From contig OX597819.1 in the NCBI GenBank assembly GCA_951406725.2, positions 133,920,001-133,984,000 of the forward strand: DNA of 64,000 nt, written 5' to 3'. How positions within the stretch are numbered: the first letter of the stretch is position 1; each line of letters begins with the position of its first letter. The stretch is from Octopus vulgaris (taxonomy: Eukaryota). The position numbers were made by a program, and so were the translations under genes. The notes beneath the pieces were generated by a model. The model was not told the DNA's origin. It made no database searches and saw only the letters and a program-made list of their open reading frames with translations. Of this stretch, positions 52,604-64,000 are shown one piece after another.

Positions 52604-52920
52604 TTCAGTAATTAATTAATTACCTTACATTCACCTTACTCTAATAAAGTTTTCTAAATGACTTGAGATACTCGTCCTGCCTTGGCTTGTATACGTTTCG
52701 ACTCCGAAATGAGTAACGATAAAGTTGATCCTCACGAGATTCCGAATCAGAGCCTAAAGAACCAGAAGAAACAATTTTATTAATACTCTTTTAAGGGAAA
52801 ATACCGAAATTTTGTCCAGAAATTGACTACATATAACAAGAAGTTTTTAAAGACGAGAGTATGTTTCAAAGTGAACTGTTTCATTTAAATAATGACTGAA
52901 GGTAGTCAATGCAAATGAAG

Positions 52921-53251
<331 letters not shown>

Positions 53252-54194
53252 TCACGATGTTGAAAAGAGCCATGGAAGTAAAAGGTTTATTGAGTGACGA
53301 GATTACATAGGACAGAAATAATGCAACAGGCAGGACGATATACAATACTATATTACAAGAGAGAACAAGAAAAGTATCTTGAAACCAATTAATGAGGATT
53401 TCTTCGCTGGTTAGGTTTCGACATATGGATGAAAAAAGCAGAAATGCATAACGCTGATAATCTCAACCATCCAATAATATATGTTTGTTAAGTTGTTTTT
53501 TTTAAATTTTATTAAAGCGCTTTGCAATTTTCAATATCAGATATATAATAGATGTCAAAAGGATCGATAAATCGATATATTTACTAAATATCAAAAAATC
53601 TCCACCAAGCTAAATTTATTGACTTTAAGAAGGTATTTATCCAACTAAAATGATGTAAAGTAAATGGGAAATAATATTCGAAAAATAAAATCTATGTGCG
53701 ACATTTCCTGCTTCTGGCAAATGGTAAACAAATATTCACTGTCTTCCTTTTGAAGAACCGTTTTGCTTGCGACCTGACAGTATCTCTCGGTAAACATTCT
53801 TCGATCTTATTTACTTTCAGACACCAATAGTCATTGAAATTTGAAACTACAGTTAAAATGAAAATGTTATATGAAAGTTCGATTCGCGATAACTGGCCGA
53901 AGGAAGAGTAATATTTCATTTACGATTATGTGACGGAAGCAAGTTTAGAATGTGAGACGGCACAGCCATTATTGAATGTTCTGTTACAATTCTATCATCC
54001 CAGACACACAAAAGAATGAAATGCAGTATCGACCTAAATACATTTACCCCGGCTGCCTTCAGTTTCAAGTAACTTATTACGAAACTACAGTAGTCAAAAA
54101 TATATGTTGATGTTTCTTCAAAAGGTCGACTCTTTCAAGGGAAATTGAATGTGACACACGTAATAAACGCTCAAATTTATTATGCAATGTTACA

Positions 54195-54490
54195 CTTTTA
54201 CTAGTTTCAGTCATTAGATTGCGAGCATGCGTGGACTATCGCCTTGATTTGCTTTAATCGATAATATCGAGCCAAGTGATTTTAAGTTCGATATTTGTCT
54301 TGGTTAAATCACAAGAAATAGGCAAATACATTGCTTCTACAGGAATTTAAAAATGGGCCTAAAGATTGGTTTTATAATTTCATTGACAAGCCATTGAGCC
54401 CTAGAGGCTATAAGAGAGACACTTGCCCAAGATGCCATGCGATGGGAAGGGGCCTCGAATTATCTGATTTGAAATTCGAACTTTGCCACA
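54195..54490 (-). mobile_element. Degenerate SINE family A
   Basis: gtttcagtcatt..gacacttgcccaagatgcc remnants. Confidence 0.55.
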
Positions 54491-54576
54491 TTGCTTTGTC
54501 TGTAAAATATTGTGAAATGTTCAGCTTTCTTTAAAACAAAAGATTCAGTTTTACTGTTCAGCAAATGCCGCTGTTG

Positions 54577-54980
54577 CTCTTTAACTCTTTTACTTGTTTC
54601 AGTCATTTGACTGCGGCCATGCTGGAGCACCGCCTTTAGTCGAGCAACTCGACCCAAGGACTTATTTTTTGTAATCCTAGTATTTATTCTATTGGTCTGT
54701 TTTGCCGAACTGCTAAGTTACGGGGACGCAAACACACCTGCATCGGTTGTCAAGCGATGTTGGGGTGACAAACACAGACACACAAACATATACACACACA
54801 TACATATATATATATATGACGAGCTTCTTTCAGTTTCCGTCCACCAAATCCACTGACAAGGCTTTAGTCGGCCCGAGGCTATGGTAGAAGAAACTTGCCC
54901 AAGGTGCCACGCAGTGGTAATGAACCCGGAACCATGTGGTTGGTAAGCAAGCTACTTACCACGCAGCCACTCCTGCGCCT
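54577..54980 (-). mobile_element. SINE family A, full length
   Basis: Close to 50618-51010. Confidence 0.9.
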
Positions 54981-56434
54981 ATTGCTACTGAAGTTGCTTT
55001 CTTCTCACACAGTGCATAAAATATTTAATTCTATTATCTCATCACTGACTAATCCACGCTATGCAAATCACTCCAGCTGTTTGTGTCTGATTTGAATAGC
55101 GATTTCTATCAGATTCTCTTTGTACAACAGAGTTGACAATTACTATTTCCCTTTATATTTGTATTTTTTATAGAATGAAATATTATGTGTAAAGCATTTA
55201 CTGAAATAAGAAATATTTATGGGTTAAAACTATTTCTAAAACACCAATCTTCTATATTTCTTCAAGAGAAAATATTCACTGCTGTGAAAATATTTTTGCC
55301 AATTATGTTTGCTGAAATACTAAGAGGGTTATTTGGGAGGTTTTCAATCGATTGGTTAATATTCAATCAGATTTATTCAGAATAGCATGTTGTTTTGTAT
55401 TTTGATCAAGCTAGTAATCAATATTTATTTACCTCCAGTGTCATTAGTAAAATCAGTTTCTTGCCTTTTCCCTGATCAGATCAATAATCAAGTTACAATT
55501 AGTCCTCCTGATTAGCATTGTGCCTCGCAACATAGACTCGCGCTCACATACAACAAAATGCTTCAAACAATTTCTACAAAACAATGCAATTTCTTCGATG
55601 CGTTTTCATTTTATTTCATTAATCTAGTTTTGCCGCTTTTTGTAGGCATATCGTATTCCTTCACTAGATTAGCAGAATGTTTTGTTGCTTAAAGAAAATA
55701 CAATGAGTAATTTAAGTAATCAAATTAATGAACTAAAAAGTTTTATCCTAAATGCAGTTTTATTTCCAGTTTATAAAGAAACGAGTTTCCCAGAATGTTT
55801 GTGCATCATGTATCCACTGACTGTTTCGTATAAGACTGGATTCTAATTGTATCTCCCAAATTATTTTCCCTTTATTTTACTATTATTGGTCTTCCATCCT
55901 TTCTTGTTCAATAAAATAAGGTACCAGTCGAGTGCTGGGATCGATGTTATCGACTAAACCCCTAAAAGCGCTGACCTCACGTGAAAATTTGAAATAGTTA
56001 TTTAGATAATGAAACAGTATATGTAATACGTAGACACTGAAATATAAATATGTAAAAGTTATAAATATTTCTAAATCATCAAATTTGTGTATTTCATCTA
56101 GAAATATAATACTTATGAGTATTTACTTTGACATCTATCATTTGAATTAGCTTCTGTTAACAAGTGAAGCGTAGTATATAGAAGCATAGTATATAGAATA
56201 TGAATTGGAGAAAGAGTTGTTATGTATTCAAAACCAATTTTTCTCTCGCTTCTCTTACTAATTTAAAAAACAAATACGTGAAAGTTTGTTTCAGAAAACG
56301 TGACAAAAGACAAGATGGGGCCATCAGTCACATCACCCGACATCAAACTAATGCTTCGATTTATTCGTAGATAATTATTAGTTAAGAACATCTATCACTA
56401 CATCAAGTTGTGAGGTTCGAAAATTTCAGAATTA

Positions 56435-56585
56435 GCCTAGCAGCGCAATCGATCTAGGGAAAGGAAAACCCCGGGACCAAAACATCTCTACCTTGCTGCC
56501 ATACCCGGCCTTGCCAAAACCTTTGGCAAAAAACCCTGAGAAAAAATGGGGAGTCGGGCCGTTGAAGGAGTTCGTAGTTACCAAC
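56435..56585 (+). mobile_element. Probable RTE-clade 5'UTR fragment
   Basis: gatctagggaaaggaaaac..ccttgctgccatacccg..aaaccctgagaaaaaat resembles RTE 5'UTRs as I recall them; not searched. Confidence 0.4.
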
Positions 56586-57395
56586 AATCTCGTTCTGGCA
56601 AATCTTGTGATGATACTGGAGCTAAACTTTAAGATCTCAGCACATTTCATTTAAAACGTAAAATACTTTAAAGTAGTTTAGTCATTTAACAATGTCTCAA
56701 TATTTAAACAGATTATTGGGTGACAACATGACTCTAAAATAGTATGATATTTTATAAAGGCAGCAATATACTATACAATTATTAAATAAATTTCAGTTTA
56801 GGCATAAATTTATGTTATAAGGTGAGTTTGTTGTCTCTGGTTTGTTGCAGAATAACGTAATTCCTCCATTAGTGAGAACCGTCTTCACCAGTAAAATAAA
56901 ACAAGGTTTGGAAATCCTTTTTTTTTTATTCAAAGGACAATATGTAAGGTCTTATCAAAAATATTCGTCGGCAAGAATGAACCTTTGACTTGTTTGACTA
57001 ATCTGCACAAAGTAATGAACAAATATTCCTCAAAAGCCGTCCTACCATCTTAAAAGATGAGAAAGATGGTGTAATTGTGTGTGTGTGTGTTTGGATTACG
57101 TTTGTGTGTATGCCTATGTGCGTGCGTGTGTGTGTGTATGTGTGTGTGTGTGTTGTCTCAAAAACGGTGAATTGAACGGGTACATTGACACACCTTTTGT
57201 TATAGATCTCGGTATTTCTTCCGGCCATACATTTTGATATTACATTAAGACACACATGACGATATCTAACAATAGTACAACCGAGCTCAGCTTACTACTT
57301 TTCACTGAAAATTTTGTATCAGTCTAGATGTTTTTAATAAGCTTGTTTAGTGGGATTTTTCTATTAATTTTCTCAACATACATGTATATATATTT

Positions 57396-57762
57396 CCAAA
57401 TAAACACACGCTCTTTATATTTGTTCTTCACTCGTTTATTACTGTTCTTATTCTTTTATTTTAACTCAAGTCCCTTGTCCAGAAATATTTCGTCACACAT
57501 CTGTGACTTCTTCAGCAACACTTTCCATTTTCATGTGTGCTCTTGTTCCACATATTCCATTTTGTCTTCTAGAATATGTATCTTTATGTGCGCACATCAT
57601 AGAAGAGCATAATGGGGTAAGTGGAGCAAGAGCATAAACGAAAAGTGTCACTGAAGAGGTCACAGATGCGTGACGAAAGATTTCTCGACAATGGACCTCA
57701 GTTAAAATAAGAACAGTAATAAACGAATGAAGAACAAATATATAGTGCGTGTGTTTATCTGG
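57396..57762. repeat. Imperfect palindrome (~170-bp arms) with a hammerhead motif in each arm
   Basis: 57396-57571 pairs with 57600-57762; CTGAAGA-G-GTCAC..GTGAC-GAAA at 57651-57678, mirror at 57476-57521. Confidence 0.8.
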
Positions 57763-58021
57763 CAAAAACAAATGACCAGCCTGAAATACAACAATACATA
57801 TATGCATGTGTGTGTGTGTGCTTAAAAAAATCAAAAAGAAAATGCTTCGAGAACTTTATCATGTCCAAAAGAAGAAAGATATTTCCATTTTTTATATCTG
57901 ACTATGCTACCGATTTCAACCGTTTTCTAAAACGATTTGGTTAGGTTGCAGGAAAGGGGAAATAAAACTGAAACAAATTAAGTCAATTTATTCTTCTTTC
58001 ATAATATCAGTTTTGCAGCGC

Positions 58022-58066
<45 letters not shown>

Positions 58067-58082
58067 CAGCAGCAGCAGCAGT
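58022..58082. repeat. (TAG)n(CAG)n repeat
   Basis: Visible repeat. Confidence 0.9.
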
Positions 58083-58929
58083 TTCACTAGTAGAATTAGC
58101 GGTGCAGCTGGCTGCAAGGTGTAGTAATTGTAGAACCTGCAGTAATAGTATGGGCAGCAGTAGTTTTAGTGGTTGCCGTTCTTCTATCCTTCAGTAATTT
58201 CGAAGTGATCGGTATTTGATCGATATTTCTGTAAATTAATCAGAAATGGTGAAAGACGTTTAATTAAAGAAAAGATGTTCGACGAATGACGGGTGAATTC
58301 GAACACTAACAAAGTAGGAAGGCTTTTCATGGGTATCTGTGTGAACCTCTATGTATATTTGTATGTATATATGTACATCTATATGTATATATGTATGTCT
58401 GTTCTCTTATATTTATTATTATTTGAAGCGTTCCTGTAAGGATTGAGCTGACTGCTAACAAAGATACAAAGCTCTGGCGATAGAATATAGGTAAAACCAA
58501 ACTCACAGTTTAAACTTGAGAAAATTCTGGCATATTTCCCTGTTCTGCTTTCAGATGTATTTTTAAAGAACGTGTTAGTTGATTTATTTTTCGGGAAGCT
58601 TTTCCAGATTGTAGCTTAAACATTTACGAACAAAACCAGGTGCACCACTTATTATTGGTAAAAATATGAATTTATAATCTAGAAATAGAAACTAAAGTTT
58701 CGAAGCAGTTATCTGTAGTTATCTTTCTCTTCTCTTTGATTTTCGATAACGATGCACACATTGTCTTGTTTATCCAGACTGTTATGTTAGAATTTCGTAG
58801 AAGCTTTGGTAGGAAAGTTCCATCAAAATTCCATATGTTGATGTTTATGAATAAATTCCATAACACGTGAGATTAAAAAGGAAAGGTGAAGGACAAGCTT
58901 TATTTAAAAAATAGAAATATTTAAAAACG

Positions 58930-59220
58930 TATAGATTGGACTGATGGCATTTTCTGTCTTTGTTCAAAGAAAAAGGAGAAAAAGGAAGTTGCCATCACCA
59001 CAGTAAAATCACGCTTCTTGAAGCTGTTGGCAAAGTGCTTGCTAGACTTTTGTTGAACCGGCTCAACGAAGGCATCTGTCCTTTGGTCGCCCCTGAATCA
59101 CGATGTGTCTTTAGATAAAGGAACATTCGACATGATACTCTCTTCTGTACACAAACAACAGGTGCTTTTAGAGTAAGTTTTTGTTGATTCAATGAACACT
59201 TTTCATACGGCTAACAGAAA
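58930..59220 (+). mobile_element. RTE (BovB-like) RT fragment
   Basis: KGEKGSCHHHSKITLLEAVGKVLARLLLNRL..PESRCVFR..TFDMI..FVD. Confidence 0.75.
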
Positions 59221-61309
59221 TGTGTGTATGTGTGTGTCTGTGTCTGTGTCTGTGTGCACGCGCACATGTGTTTTTAAGTGTATGCGTATGTATGTGTACG
59301 TATGTGTGTGAATGTCTGTCTGTAGCGCTTTTTGTGTGTTGACAAATTAGACTCAATTTTCTTCCATATATTGAACCAGCTTAATATAATATTACATTTC
59401 TGAGATTAATTACGCAGTTGTGAACTACATGAAAACAACATTTCATATTAAATCTAATTAATGAAGACAGAGTTAACCAACTAGAATTAATTACATCCAA
59501 TGGTTAAGATTGTTATAAATATATCGGTCGGAACCGGAAACAAGTCCGGGCATGGATCCTTCTTATTAGACCTCCTATTCTTCACGAAGTAAAACTTTCG
59601 GCGTATTTGTGAAAATTATAATTTTTGAAAGATTAATTAATAGATGTACAATATTTTACAAAGGTGGGCGTCAACAATCACTGTATTCTCTCTACATCTG
59701 TTAGCACTAACATTACTTCAAACAACACACAAACATACTCAGATGCGTAGATATTACAGTTACACATATAATTTCTAAAGTACACCTCAAGTTTACATTA
59801 TTTATTATTATTATTCGACTACATTAGATACGTTTTATTGGCATTTCACGTGAGATGCTTTATAATATTTAGAAAACAAACATTAGCAGCTTAATGGCTT
59901 CAAAAATTGTACTATATAAATTTAACAATCCTATTAAAAATGAGTAAATGATATACATAAAACAGGCTCGAAACAATAAATGTGTAAATTATTTATATTC
60001 AGTGAGTGAAGCTAAAAAGAACAAAAGCTAGAAACAACAGTGTTAACCTCTCGCTATAGAGATTTTACTTGATAAATTATGTTCAAACGGAAAGATCTTG
60101 ATTTGGTTTCCATTTAACAATGAGTGATGCGTCATAAAGAATATTCAGTGATTTTAGTGAGATATATCGTGTAAAAACAGTCTTATTTTATTTTGTTTGT
60201 AAAGAATATGAATTATTAAATATCTCTGGTAAATATAATTCCTTGTTGTGATACATCGTATTTTGTAATGGAAACAAGTAGAGAATCTATTTCGATTCCA
60301 AGTATGGAATCTTCAATTTACCATAATGTTTGGAAATGTTTCAACTTTTTCACTGCATGTTTCACCTTTCAATAACGGTTTTGTTTTGAACGTTTCTTCA
60401 CATTGTTTTGTATGTAATATGAAATTTGATTTTTCATCAATATTCTATGCTTTCTCAGTGTTTGCACAACCCCGGTGACTAATTAGTCAGAGCATTATTA
60501 TATGATTTCCATATTTCCAATGAATTGATGCAGTGACAGGATAAATAAAAACTTATATATCTCACATTAACTAAAGCTTATCTCATAACTGAATCTGAGA
60601 ACATATTTACATAATTTCCTACTTGTATCATAAGCTAAAAGAAAATAAGACTTTGAAAGTGAGACAGTCGATAATAAGTGACATTCTGATATGTAAATCT
60701 TCGTTATTTTTTTTTTTTTTTTCATATATTTTACGCTATTATAAAACTTAGGCGAGTAGGTCTCAATGTTCATTTATTAGAACGTATCACGAAACTAATA
60801 AATTATGAATTTATGTCTATATCCCTCTTCTATTGATATCTCTTCACCGAATTAAAATAGCAAGGTCGAAGAGAATAAAAATAGAGAAATATTTAGTTCC
60901 TTTATTCTTTCTATTCCTATTTTCAATATCCAATGTCAACTTTTGTATTCGGTATATTTATGGTTATTCAATGAACACGGCTGGCTTAAATGGTAAATAA
61001 TGAATACCCATTCAATCAGACTTGTCATATCTATTGGATTCTCTGTGAGGAAATTGGTTATGTATTATTATTAAGAATTGATGCGATCGATGAATTGAAA
61101 GTAATATGTGAGCAGAACGGTGTAACTATGTTCTCTCTTAGCATTGTTTTCTGTTGTTTTTTACTGTAATTTAAGGATATTTTGGAGCTCCACATGTTAA
61201 GACGATTGAAAACGTTGTCTAGGAGTTTCACAAATCAATATGTCGGGTCAAAGTACATCATTAAATATACACAATAAAACGATTGAGCATAAATATTTGA
61301 GAATGTATA

Positions 61310-61455
61310 TCTCCCTCCCTCTCTCTCGCTCTCTCTCTCTCTCTCTCTGTCCCTCTCGCTCTTTCTCTATATATATATGCATGGGTGTGTATGTGTGCGC
61401 GTGTGTGTGTGTATTTGTGTGTATATGTGTATATGTATGCATGTATATATGTATG

Positions 61456-61487
<32 letters not shown>

Positions 61488-62110
61488 CATGTATGTATGT
61501 ATGTATGTATGTATGTATGTATGTATGTATGTATGTATGTATATATGTATGTATGTATGTATGCACGTATGTATGTATGTATGCATGTATGTATAAACGT
61601 ATGTATGTATGTAAGTATGTATGTATGTATGCATGCATGTATGTATGTATGCATGTTTGTATATATGTATGTATGTATGCATGTGTGTACGTATGTATGT
61701 ATGTATGTATGTATGTAATGAATGTATGTATGTATGCATGTATATAGGTATGTATGTATGAATGTATGTATGTATGCATGTATGTATGTACGTATGTATG
61801 TATGTATGAATGAATGTATGTATGTACGTATGTATGCATGCATGTATGTATGTATGAATGTATGTATGTATGTATGTATGAATGAATGTATGTATGTATG
61901 TATGTATGTATGTATGTATGTATTTATGTATGTAATGAATGTATGTATGTATGTATGCATGTATATAGGTATGTATGTATGTATGAATGTATGTATGTAT
62001 GCATGTATGTATGTATATATGTATGTATGAATGTATGTATGTATGCATGTATGTATATACGTATATATGAATGTATGTATGTATGTATGTATGTATGTAT
62101 GTATGTATAT
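61310..62110. repeat. (CT)n then long (TATG)n tetranucleotide array
   Basis: Visible repeat; source of the HTYI and MYVC ORFs. Confidence 0.95.
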
Positions 62111-62190
62111 ACCAATATATAAAAACAAAAAAAGCTGTCCACCACGGATTCGCCAAATTTGTAACTGCTTCATATAGCAGCTGAATGTAC

Positions 62191-62229
62191 CTTGTTATTG
62201 ATTGTAGAAGAATGATGGCTACGTTTACT
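62191..62229 (-). CDS. Candidate 39-nt internal exon (SKRSHHSSTINNK in phase 0)
   Basis: Acceptor tttcatttctgctcttcag, donor AAG|gtacat; no homology recognised. Confidence 0.2.
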
Positions 62230-63433
62230 CTGAAGAGCAGAAATGAAAGCGTGAAATGGTCCAATAGGAAACACCCTCCTCTTTTCTGCGCATCTATAAC
62301 ATAGAACGGTGTGGCTTTACATTATTTGATATTCAGCAAAGCTTTGTAAATATTAAATATATATATTTCGTAACTGATAGGTTAACATTTAGGCAGTTAT
62401 CTATGAATAATTTGCCATGAAGCAGTTAAATGGATGTTCTAGAACTGGGAAACATGTTCACGAAAAGAGGCTTTTTAGTATATTCACATAAAGGGAACGC
62501 TGAATGGGAAATATTAGGAAGAAACTGAAGTTCAGAAAATAAAAAGAAACATTGAATTTACCATTAAAAGAGAAAATATATGCAAAATCTACTTAAAAAT
62601 TACTAAATGATAAAGAAAGGCTTCAGAAAACTAATGCACAATTGCCTGGTGATTACATTACGACTGAAGTGCAAATACAAGCCTAAAATATGTGTGTGTG
62701 AGTGTGTGTGAGAGAGAGAGAGAGAGAGTGTGTGTGTGTGTGTCAGTGTTTGTGTTTGTGTGTGTGTTTGTGTTTTTGTATGTGAGTGTGTGCGTGTGTG
62801 CGTGCGTGCGTGTGTGTGTGGGGGGGTGTAAATTCTAAATTCATAATTACCAGAAGCAGTGTGGGTTCAGAATAGTATTGTGTGTATCTTATTGAACATG
62901 AATATACTGGCGGAAGCCGAAGAACTGCAGCATTCGTCTTGATAAAGCTTCTTGTGTGACGGTATATAGCTAAAAGGCGCAGAAGTGTATTAATAACAGA
63001 AGGAAAGATTCCAGGAGTGATGCTAGAATTGCCTAATCAGGATTTCTGTACCTTTGCGCGTCGTCATCAGTAGCTAGTATCTGCTATCATTTGCATGCTC
63101 AAATTTTGCCTCTACTGACACAGACAAATTATTTAAAAAGTCACTGGCGCTACAAATAGCTGACGGACTGGATAACAATTCGTAATTAGGGACGGAAACA
63201 TTATTAGCTCAGAATGACACTTTGTATATCTTATTTAACCTGGTTATACTAGCGAAATGTACAAAGCTACAGTATTCATCTTGAAAAAGATTCTCGCAAA
63301 GACTTATAAAGCTAAAAATCACAAAACTGTGTTAAAAGCAGTCAAAACGCGTCCAGCAGCGATGGTAGAACTGCTAAATCAGTTTTTTTCTTAAATCACT
63401 ATAGTATATCCACACTATATATAATGTGGGGGG

Positions 63434-63775
63434 GAGGCGCATGGCGCATGGCGCAGTGGTTAGAGCGTCGCATACGGTCGTGAGGTTGTGAGTTCGATTT
63501 CCCGACCGGGCTGCGTGTTGCAAGACAATTTATTTCATGTTGCTCCAGTTAACTCAGCTGTAGAAATGAGTTGCGACGTCACTGGTGCCAAGCTGTATCG
63601 ACCCCTTTGCCTTTCCCTTGGATAACATCAGTGGTGTGGAGAGGGGGAGGCTGGTATTCATAGGCGACTGCTGGCATTCCATCAACAATCTTACCAGGAC
63701 TTGTGCCTCGGAGGGTAACTTTCCAGGTGCAATCCCATGGTCATTTATGACCGAAGGGGGTCTCCTTTTCCTCCT
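63434..63775 (+). mobile_element. Full-length tRNA-derived SINE (family C)
   Basis: A box tggcgcagtggttagagc, B box gagttcgatttcc, tgctccagttaactcagctgtagaaatgag core, followed by microsatellite. Confidence 0.85.
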
Positions 63776-63778
63776 CTT

Positions 63779-63874
<96 letters not shown>

Positions 63875-64000
63875 TAACATGTCAAGGCGTCAGTTGACTG
63901 TATCACTGGATCAAAAATGGAACAAAAGTCCTTTCCGAGCTATTGACTAATAAGGCCGGATTGTGTGACGTATATATTCCCCATCCTCTGAACGAGACGC

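Noticed and set aside
61240-62264. HTYI/MYVC-repeat ORFs up to 338 aa
   Set aside because: Translation of the (TATG)n array.

Overview
AT-rich, microsatellite-saturated eukaryotic DNA. The SINE families resemble those of Octopus, so a cephalopod origin is inferred, not verified. I find no convincing host protein-coding gene; nearly all ORF-track entries are microsatellite read-throughs or transposon relics. Content: several R4/Dong-clade RT+RLE retrotransposons (one near full-length at ~5890-9680), a Buster/ZBED8-like hAT transposon interrupted by nested LINEs, mariner and maT-like DNA transposons, RTE and CR1 fragments, a solo LTR, many tRNA-derived SINEs and a 1.1-kb (GAA)n tract. The most striking layer is invisible in the ORF track: about seven sequence-unrelated families of minimal type I hammerhead ribozyme (HHR) motifs, several inside long inverted repeats typical of Penelope-like elements (PLEs). 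These include (i) a GIY-YIG PLE whose pseudo-LTR fuses a tRNA-like Pol III head, an (AAT)n spacer and a hammerhead, and (ii) a hammerhead with a compensatory G3-C8 core swap. All structures were read by eye; none was computed or tested.
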